Assembly: GCA_002269645.1 (NCBI GenBank)
Contig: NIVC01002847.1
Location: 71,733 to 135,732 of the forward strand
DNA from: Macrostomum lignano
Lineage: Eukaryota
Reading direction: 5' to 3'
Length of the DNA: 64,000 nt
Shown here: one piece after another, positions 1-8,802 of the stretch
Layout of the letters: each line of letters begins with the position of its first letter
Position numbering within the stretch: the stretch's first letter is position 1
The notes under the pieces: model-generated
What the model was told of the DNA's origin: nothing
The model's database searches: none
The model's input: the letters and a program-made list of their open reading frames with translations, nothing else
Position numbers and translations under genes: made by a program

Positions 1-65
1 GAATCAAATCAAAGTAGCATACTCTCATTCATTTAATGTAATCTAAACGACACAATGCTCCGCAG

Positions 66-955
66 GGAATAAATACCTGCTGACAATTTGCTGCAAATTT
101 ACCAAATTTGCCCTGGCGTCAGCACACAGCAGGAACGACGCACAGACAGCCACAGAACAGCTGTACAAGGCCGTCTGCGTCTTCTCCTGGCCCGACATCT
201 TGTTGACCGACCAGGGACGAGAGTTCAACAACAATCTGATGAGCTGCCCTGTCTGAGAGGATTGATAAGAGACGAACCTCTGCTTATCACCCCCAGGTTA
301 GTGAAGTGAATATTTTTCCCTTACATGCTCTCAGTTATAATATAAGTCCAGTTCGAATAAACTCGTATTCGATATTAAATAACTGACAATGCTCTTTCAG
401 ACCAACGGTCAGTGCGAGCGCCTCAACCAGAGCTTGGTCGCAGTCCTGTGCAAAATGTGCGACGAGAACTCTGACTCAGCGGTATGGGATGATAATTATT
501 ATGTCGATGGCGCAGTTCTGGCGTACAACAGTCGCGTGCACTCGACAACTGGCGTCTCGCCTTACAAGGCCGTGTTCGGCAACGAACCACGACTTTCCCA
601 TGACAGCATCGGACCAGCACACGTTGCCATGGTCGGTGACGTCAAGATTCGTCATGTAGAGAGAAAGGCAGAAGCGCGTGGGCGGACCATTGAGTTGATG
701 CGTCGACGCATCCATCGGGCGCAGCAAGCTATGCAGCAGTACCATCAGCAGCGTCTGGCGTCTGCCAGCAGCCTCAGCATCAAAACCGGAGACAAAGTGC
801 TGCTGCGGAACTTTGTCCGTGACGATCGGAAAGGCAGCAAAGTGAAGACACCATGGTGCGTCAAGGTTTACACAGTCGAACGTGTCCTAAGCAACAACCT
901 GTACGGACTCGAAGGGAGATTTACAGCGATCAATGGCCGTCACCTGAAGAAATAG
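66..955 (+). mobile_element. Intron-containing Gypsy-like integrase/transposase (Ginger/GIN-like), 3' part; exons 66-296 and 401-955; one frameshift near 240-260
   Basis: 66-250 reads (G)NKYLLTICCKFTKFALA...PDILLTDQGREFNN. After a frame change, 261-296 reads IDKRRTSAYHPQ. 401-955 reads TNGQCERLNQ...AYNSRVHSTTGVSPYKAVFG...GPY/F-like module (W..VYTV..VLSNNLYGL..INGRHLKK). The motif HPQ|TNG is split by a GT-AG intron. Confidence 0.85.
297..400 (+). other. Phase-0 spliceosomal intron (104 nt) inside the integrase core
   Basis: Donor CAG|GTTAGT at 297, branch-like CTGAC at 383-387, acceptor CTCTTTCAG| at 400. Removal restores SAYHPQTNGQCER. Confidence 0.9.
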
Positions 956-991
956 CACGAATAGGTGATTTAAAGAATTAGAATTTCTAAT

Positions 992-1223
992 TGTTGGTCT
1001 TCTTATCCAATTGGGTAACTTAGGAAACCAAAATGCTGCTTTGGGGATTTGAGATTTCAGCTCTCTCTTAGAGCGTGCAACCAAATTCTTACGAGCGTAT
1101 ATTATCTGCGGCTCTCTTTAGTCATCGCAGTTTAAAACATAACAATTACAGGATTGTGTTTCCATAGACAACATCAATCTATTGATAGCACTGCTAAAAC
1201 ATATAAGGCGTCATATGGCTACA
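992..1223 (-). repeat. 3' LTR of Mag-like element (232 bp)
   Basis: Direct repeat of 4880-5103; by eye 5 substitutions plus 1-nt and about 7-nt indels. Adjacent PPT AAAAAAAGGAGGAG (minus strand, 1224-1237). Confidence 0.95.
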
Positions 1224-1341
1224 CTCCTCCTTTTTTTAGTTTTACTGTCCAGCGGCAGGATAATGATTAATAAAAAGGAATGTTGTTTTCAGACAGCAAT
1301 TTTGTCACAATAACCACTTATTAAGTAATAACACTTTCACA

Positions 1342-4300
1342 TCACATAGGTTGTCCCAGTTGATCGTATCTCAGTCTGTCAGGCGGTTGTCTATGGCGTT
1401 TGGTATACTGGTTATTGGTGACTGGCCGCGATGCTGCCATCGCCTCAGTCTCACTGGTCTCCTTGGCATCTTGCAGTTCAGTAGCCGGCTGCGCTACTTG
1501 ATGATGTGTCTCGCCGGTTTCTGGGATCCTGGGTTTCGTCTGTCCAATGTGCTTTCTTAACACTTTTCCATCTTCTCCTTCGACGTTGACAATGACTTTT
1601 CCTTCAGATCCGATAATCACGCCAGGGGCCCATTTCTTGCTGTGATCGTTGTAGACTCTGGCCCACACAGGTTGTCTCGCTAGTTGAATGATCGGGCAGC
1701 GCAGTAGATGTCCTCTCATGAGTTCAGCTGGCGCTTGACCTGTTGTGGAGTGCTTTGCGTTTCGATACTGCAGCAAAACCTGTCGATACTGGCTTGCATG
1801 TCGTTCGAATCTTGTGCTGCACGAAGTGCATCATCAAGTTCATCAGGTGGACTTCGGCCCACTTGCTGTAGGCGTCGATCATGATGAGACAGAACTTCCC
1901 ATTCTTGAAGGGGCCGCAAAGTCTATGTGAACCCGGCTCCACTTCTCTGTCTCCTGAGGCCAGGAGGTCCACCCGCCTACTGAATAATCCTTTGCGTCTG
2001 ACAGTTTTTACACGTCTTTGCCTGGAGTTCGATTTCCTTATCGATTGAAGGCCACCACACACACTGTCGGGCGATAGATTTCATCTTATCAGCACCCAAG
2101 TAGTGTCCATTGTGCAGTCCTCAGTACGTAGCTCCGTAGCGTATCTGGTACCACAATTCGAAGTCCTCTGAACAGGATTCCGCTCTCGATAGACAGTTCC
2201 TCTTGTATCCTGGAATACTCCGTGCCATAGCTCTACCAATTCTAGTCCATCCATACTTCACCTGTGCGAAAACTTTCCGCATCAGTGGATCTTTCAGAGA
2301 CTCCTGTCGAACCTTTTCTTTGTCATTGGGAAATCCAAAATGGTGTCTTGAACAGAACTCACGTCAAATTGTTCTGATTCAGTGTGCGTTGACTTCAGCC
2401 TTGATAGAGCGTCGGCGACCGGGATCTCTTCCGAGCGGCGGCACTCGACTTCATAGTTGTACTGCATGAGAGCAATAGCCCATCGCTGAATCCGGGCTGA
2501 AGCCAAACTGGTGATGCTTTTTGACGGATCGAATATGAATTTCAACGGATGATGGTCTGTCACCAGTGTGAACTTGCGCCCGTACAGGTATTTGTGGAGG
2601 CGCTTAACGGCCCAGATGATAGCCAAGGCCTCCCGCTCTATCTGTGCGTAGTTTCTGTCAGTCTTGCTCAGAGTTTTTGAGATGAAGAGTACAGGTCCAT
2701 TAGATTGCTCAAGCACAGCCCCGATTCCATATGGGGATGCGTCGGTGGTAAGCCTGGTCACCGGGTCACAAGGGTCGAACGGCTTTATTACTTTCGATTT
2801 AAGGATATTATTCTTGATTTTGTTGAAGGCAGATTGCTCTTGCACGTCCCAATGCCACTTCTCGTCCTGTGGGATTAACTTTGCCAACGGTTCCTTTATG
2901 GTAGCGAGGTTCTGGATGAACCTGGAGTACAACTCGGCAAGTCCCAGGAAAGATCGGAGTTCCTTTGGAGACGTTGGTTCTTTTAGTCCTCTAATGACGT
3001 CCATCTTGTCAATGGCTGGGCATATTCCCTCTTCGGTGATATCCAAACCCAGGAATTTCACTCGCTTAGTCTTGATGAAACTTTTCTGGTAGTTGACCTC
3101 TACATTGTTCTCTTTCAGGATGCTTTTTACAGTCTCCAGCTGGTCGTCGTGCTCGCGCTCTGTTCGGCCAAAAATCAGGATGTCGTCCTGGTAGCTAACG
3201 GCATTCTTCTGCGACGCTAGCAACTTGTCCATATAGTTTTGGAATATGGCCGGTGCCTGTTTGACCCCGTAAGACAGCAACTGGGGCTCGTAGAGTCCAA
3301 ATGGCGTGCTCAGTGTTAGAACACTCGCCGATGCCTCGTCCACAGGAAGCTGCAGATAAGCATTTGTTAGATCCAGGACAGAAAAGGTCTTGGCTCCTCC
3401 AAGTTGGCTCAACACGTCCTCGATGCTCGGTGTAGTGGAGATCATGTCGCACAACGACCTGTTAACCGTCACTTTATAATCACCACACAGCCTGATCTTA
3501 CCATTCTGCTTTCTGACAACGACGATAGGTGTAGCCCAGTCACTCTGATCCACCTTCCGCAGGACTCCATCATTCACGAGCTTATCCAGTTCTTCCTTCA
3601 CACTGTCTCGAAGACCGTACGGGATAGGTCTGGGCTTGAGGAACACGGGTATTGTTCCCTCCCTCAAAGTTAGATGAGCTTAGTATTGCTTCACCCGATA
3701 GATATTCAGACCAGGTTCCAAGGCATGCATCCACTGCAGTCCATAGATGTTGGGAGCATCTGACTTGTCCATAATATATACTGGTAGTTTCTTAGAGTTG
3801 CCATCGTATTTCACAGTGACCATTGCCTCGCCTAGAATAGGAACAGCATGACCTTGGAAGTCATTGAGTCTCTTGTTCGTCGGCAATACATCGGGGATGA
3901 CTGACAGGCACTCGAATGTAGTTTTCGATATGAGAGAGACATCCGCTCCCGTGTCGAACACCATATCAACTGTAGTTCCGTTTATGCAGACTTCACGGGC
4001 GATCCTTTGCCGGGATGATAGCGAAAAAATCTGACCGTGCTGTTCTCCATCCTCTGCTTCATCATCGAGTAAAGGATGTTGCTGCAGAAGTCGAACTCTT
4101 AATGTTGCTCGGCGTCCACTTGTTTGGGACTTTGCGGCTTTACACACCGCTTTCAGATGACCTGCTTTGCCACAGCTGTCGCATGTGAGCGCTTTGTGTC
4201 GACACTCAGTTTTGGTGTGTCCAGGTTTTCCGCAGCAGAAGCATGTGACTGCCTTACCCTGGTTTCGTTTGGCCGGCGCCTTTGCGTAGCGCTTCCACGA

Positions 4301-4879
4301 CTTTCTCGTGTGCTGAGGTCGGCTGCTTTTTTGTCGCATGTGCAGAACATTTGAGCCGCTCATGTCCTTCTCTCCTCTTTGGACAGCCTCGCACGCTGCG
4401 GCGACAGCAGTGACATTCTCCCAGGTGAGATCCTTTAACTTCTCGGAGAGTAGTTTTCTTAGGATTTCATTGCTCTTTAGGCCGAATATAAACTGGTCAC
4501 GGAGTCGGTCCGAGTTATCGGCGAACTCGCAGTCCTCTGCTAGCTGCTTTAGCCTGCGACTGTAGGTCAGGATGTCTTCGCTGCTTTCTTGCTTCGCCTT
4601 GTGAAACTCTTATCTGCAGGCGATTACTGATTTCTCGCCTTTCACTTCTTTTTTAATTAGCAGCACCAAATCATCAAATGATTTTGTTTCCACTTTAGCA
4701 GGTAGTGTTGCATCTGCAAGAAAGTTGAACATCCTCTCGCCGATTAGAGCCAGGAAGGCGTCTCGTTTATTGTCGTCCTTCCAGCCGTTAAGTTTGGCAC
4801 TGATCTCGAAGCGCTGGATCCATCTATTCGGGTCCTCGCCGTCTTCCAGTGGTTCGATGGTTGGTAGCCTCGTCGCCAT
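1342..4879 (-). pseudogene. Single-frame gag-pol of Mag-like element, disrupted
   Basis: ORF pieces 4610-4879, 3680-4609 and 2294-3679 are in one frame, separated by in-frame TAA stops (4610-4612, 3680-3682). Frameshifts follow RNaseH. The integrase jumps from DAYSKWAEVHLMN almost directly to LLQYRNAKHSTTG, so part of the core is deleted. Confidence 0.9.
4868..4878 (-). promoter_or_regulatory. Primer binding site TGGCGACGAGG (complementary to a tRNA-Ser(GCT)-type 3' end)
   Basis: 1 nt inside the 5' LTR boundary. The tRNA assignment is from recalled tRNA-Ser(GCT) 3' end CCTCGTCG-CCA and needs checking against this genome's tRNAs. Confidence 0.8.
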
Positions 4880-5103
4880 TGTTGGTCTTCTTATCCAATT
4901 GGGTAATTTAGGAAACCAAATGCTGCTTTGGGGATTTGAGATTTCAGCTCTCTCTTAGAGCGTGCAACCAAATTCTTACGAGCTTATATTAGTCTCTTTA
5001 GTCATCGCAGTTTAAAACATAACAATTACAAGATTGTGTTTCCATAGACAACATCAATCTATTGATGGCACTGCTAAAACATAGAAGGCGTCATATGGCT
5101 ACA
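4880..5103 (-). repeat. 5' LTR of Mag-like element (224 bp)
   Basis: Direct repeat of 992-1223, followed on the minus strand by A + PBS TGGCGACGAGG. Confidence 0.95.
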
Positions 5104-7149
5104 CTAATATTTGACAATAGTTTTAGGCTTCTAATTAAAATAATCGAAATGCTTGGTATGAACTAGAGACTAAGAAAGGTTTCTAACTTGACTCACACAA
5201 AGAAACTTTGTGCTGAGGACCAATGTCAACTTAATGAAAGACCTAGAAAGCTCGTAGGACTTAATCGATAAGGAAATTTGATAATTCAACATATGCTCGT
5301 AATTTCTTTGCTTATACATATATTTGTAAAATGTGCAGGATTTATCTAAAGGACAGGCTAAATTAGCTATTTACGATAAATTTCTTTTTCACATCTTATA
5401 AATATGATAAAGTACATTGACTAATTTTGTGTACGAGTACTTCAATCAGTTCTGGATTGTTGTTGTCTTTTTGTTGCAATTTACTTTGCAGTAATCATTT
5501 TACCATTTATTGTCTTCTCGCAATGTTGGTATATTTTAAGACGAATAAGATAAGGCATAAGATAGTTTCTGCTCAGAGAGGAATTCAAGATGACCGAATG
5601 AGTTTGGATAACTTAAAAGTATCTGGCCAAATACGTTTGTCGTCTTATTTCATTCAGACGAATAAAACAACGCAGAAATTCTATAAGACGTGACACACCG
5701 GCGCTCTCCATAAAAGGAGTTGGATGGATACAACCAACTGCCGCCAATCCTGACCGGAACCTTTGACCACGAGAGGCAGTGAGAAGCAATTACTATACAG
5801 CAATTACGACCATGGGAAAAGGCTAGAGCTCTGGGTAATTACCCTAAACCGTTCTATCGCCTATAGTACAAGCATCTGCTGAACTTGATTCATGTACAGC
5901 CCGTTGTCACAGCGAAACCACTCTGCTGGTCTAACACTTTCAGATTCTTTTTAAAGCGCAAAATGTACCTATTTATTCCTTCAGTTTCTGTTTTAACCGG
6001 TGGCTCATGAACAAACCAATGCTAAATGGGAGGCTTGTGCGATTGACTCTCATAAGAGCCAACTTAAAAGCACAGAGTTTGTACATACATTGCCTAGTCG
6101 TATGTTGTTCGTGCGTACACCCTTGCCCGTGGGAGTATCCATGTGCGTGTGACAGCAAAATGAACTGTCCAATACCAAAAAGTGCGGAGTATAGCCAGCA
6201 TTCAAAGCTTCTGCGCTAAGCAAACTAACTAGAATATATAGCTGCTCAATATAAAACCGCCTAACACAGTGCTGGCGTTATTATGCATTTCTTTCTTTCT
6301 TTGACAAAGCCAAAGCCAACAAAGCCATTCTCTCGAGCTCTTCTATGCTGACCAATGCGCAGACAATTTCAGCCTCACCCCCCTCTCTCCCATCCAACCC
6401 CTGCACCCAGCCAAGGAGTTCTAGAACTAGGACCTGGAATACCAACTCTACCTTTAGCACCTAACGTCGTATTTTCGTATCAATTGAGGCCTAGAGCTAG
6501 AGCAGTGGTTCAATTTACCGCGGCAGACGGGCGAGTCTTGTGTATCAGTCACATTTTACTAAAACTGCCATTACCAACCAACCATAACCAAATTTCAGAA
6601 ACTCTGCCTCATTTTAAAGCTGAATAAGTTCCTACTTCTGCTGTTGCTGCAATTCGAAGAACTTATTGAGATTTACATTAAGAGGGACTTTGAATAAATT
6701 TGTCAAGATGAGTGGAAGTTATGGCAATTTTAGCAAGAAGTGGCACAGAAACTCGCCTATCTACTTGGGTTGAAATTGAACAGTTACATCAGCCTCAATA
6801 GGTACTAAATGCGTGTTTGGAGTAGAGTTGGCACTCCAGGATCAAGTTCTAAAAATCTTGCTCTGCCTCCATTCCTACCTCTGCGTAGTGTACTCCGATG
6901 TTTGGCACGAAATATTCTCTCTGTTTGTAGCGCCAATGCAACTGCATGGTTACTTAAATGGCCCGAACTCCCGGTCGTAAATAGGGTCTGTGCGTAAAGT
7001 TTTACATTCTAAGCCATGAAGCTATAAGCAGACTTCAGTCCCTACACGCTGGCCTGCTTATGCGTTTTCAGCTACTCATGGCCCCTTGAGTAAAATTCGC
7101 TACTCAGTGCGTCTTTCCTTAACTTGATTTCGTCGAAAAACAGCATCCA

Positions 7150-8802
7150 ATGCTCGACTGCCTGCGGCGCGGTGGACGGCTGTGCGCGACGCGCAGGCAA
7201 AGAGTTTTTATACTGGCTTTCTTACTGGCTCTGGGCCTGCTGCATCCTTTTGTGACGCTGGATAATCATATTAAAAAAGCGGCACAAAAACAGAAGCCAG
7301 AAATATCAACTGATTCGACTGGCTTTCGTACTACGTGGAGTTCTAATGTGACTTTGAGCAACTCCGCAGTTCGTCTTCATCAAATGAGCTCTACGAACTC
7401 GTCGGTTCGAGCGCCGGATGCCCAGCAGAACAAGGAGATCGCTCTGGTCGTGCTAGCCGCTACGAGGCCAGAAGTGCATCAGCTGGTGAGACAGTTGGTA
7501 GCTCAAAAGCCCGATAGCGGATTCCGCATCATGATATCGCTCGATGGCACAGAAAAGCAAACAAACGAGGTCCTGCAGCAGATCGAGACGCCGGAGGTTA
7601 AACTGTTGCGGTTAAGCGACGACAAGAGTCACAAATTCAAGCCTTCAAGCGACACCTACGTAAAGATTGCGCGGCATTACCTGCGCGTGCTGGACCATCT
7701 CATTCTGAAGCTGAACTACTCCTACGTTGTGCTCATGGAGGACGACCTGCTGATTGCTCCGGATTTCTACCAGTACTTCAGCTCGCTGCGAAGGGCGCTG
7801 GATTCGGACGAGAGCATCTTCTGCGTGTCCGCATGGAACGACAACGGTCAAATTGGTCTCGTGACCGAGGACCCACAGCTGCTGCACCGGACTGACTTCT
7901 TCCCGGGACTCGGCTGGATGATCAACCGGCGCCACTGGCTGCAGGTCAGGAAAGTTTGGCCGAAGACGCAGTACGACGACTTCCTGAGGCTCTACATGCT
8001 GAATAATCGGCTGGTCTGCGTGCGTCCCGAGCTGTCCCGGACGTTCAACATCGGGCGGAACGGAGGGCGAGTTTCGTCAGGAAAAAACGGGTACAGCTCG
8101 ACGTTCTATCACAACTATCTGAGTCGGATGGCTCAAAACAGTTTCAATGTCACTCTGCTCGACAGCTCTATTGACAAGGTAATTGGTCGCTCAGCTGATA
8201 TTAAGCTAGAAAAGTTTGCTCGCAGTCTACCTGTGATGAATGTTTCGACGCTGCTGTCCCAGCCGAAGCCGCCATCGGCTGTGCGTCTTCGCTACGATTC
8301 AGCGGAAGAATTCATCGGCATAGCTGAGAGAATCGGCGCCATTCCGGAGGTGTGGTTCGGCGCCCCTCGCGCCTCCATCCTCGGAATATCCGTGATGTCG
8401 CTGAGAAGAACTCGAGTCTACATTGTTCCGGACAAACGGCTTCCCATAACTAAAAAGATACTAACACCAGAGCACGTGCGGAAGAAGCAGAAAAAGGATC
8501 CTAAGAAGAAAAATGATTCAAAGAAGAAAGTGGTTACAAAAAAGAAACAGGATTCAAAGAAAAAAGAGGTTACAAAAAAGAAACAGGATCCAAAGCAGAA
8601 AAAGGATTATAAGAAGAAAAAGAATCTTAAGAAGCAAAAAGATCAAAAGAAAAAGGAGGATCCAAAGCAGAAACAGGATCCTAAGAAGAAACATAATCTT
8701 AAGAAGCAAAAAGATCAAAAGAAAAAGGAGGATCCTAAGAAGAAAGAGGATCCTAAGAAGAAAGAGGATCGTAAGAAGAAAAAGGGTTCAAAGAATAAAT
8801 AA
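7150..8802 (+). CDS. MGAT1: Alpha-1,3-mannosyl-glycoprotein 2-beta-N-acetylglucosaminyltransferase (GnT-I, GT13), intronless, with Lys-rich C-terminal extension
   Basis: N-terminal type-II TM segment (VFILAFLLALGLL); motifs KIARHY, EDDLLIAPDFYQYF, CVSAWNDNG, RTDFFPGLGWM, YDDF, RPELSRT, GAPRASILG. RTDFFPGLGW favours MGAT1 over POMGNT1. Confidence 0.92.
   Translation: MLDCLRRGGRLCATRRQRVFILAFLLALGLLHPFVTLDNHIKKAAQKQKPEISTDSTGFRTTWSSNVTLSNSAVRLHQMSSTNSSVRAPDAQQNKEIALVVLAATRPEVHQLVRQLVAQKPDSGFRIMISLDGTEKQTNEVLQQIETPEVKLLRLSDDKSHKFKPSSDTYVKIARHYLRVLDHLILKLNYSYVVLMEDDLLIAPDFYQYFSSLRRALDSDESIFCVSAWNDNGQIGLVTEDPQLLHRTDFFPGLGWMINRRHWLQVRKVWPKTQYDDFLRLYMLNNRLVCVRPELSRTFNIGRNGGRVSSGKNGYSSTFYHNYLSRMAQNSFNVTLLDSSIDKVIGRSADIKLEKFARSLPVMNVSTLLSQPKPPSAVRLRYDSAEEFIGIAERIGAIPEVWFGAPRASILGISVMSLRRTRVYIVPDKRLPITKKILTPEHVRKKQKKDPKKKNDSKKKVVTKKKQDSKKKEVTKKKQDPKQKKDYKKKKNLKKQKDQKKKEDPKQKQDPKKKHNLKKQKDQKKKEDPKKKEDPKKKEDRKKKKGSKNK
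8482..8799 (+). repeat. Coding 18-bp minisatellite (about 17 units of KKKxDP-like hexapeptide)
   Basis: Units such as aagaagaaagaggatcct in tandem, in frame up to the stop codon at 8800-8802. Confidence 0.9.

Larger units (their letters stand above)
992..5103 (-). mobile_element. Ty3/Gypsy LTR retrotransposon, Mag-like clade, decayed and internally deleted
   Basis: Paired TG...CA LTRs at 992-1223 and 4880-5103; 5-bp TSD CTAAT (987-991, 5104-5108); PBS and PPT present; gag with two CCHC knuckles; protease FDTGAD; RT YQDD; RNaseH TDASPYGIGAVL...EREALA; integrase fragments. Confidence 0.95.
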
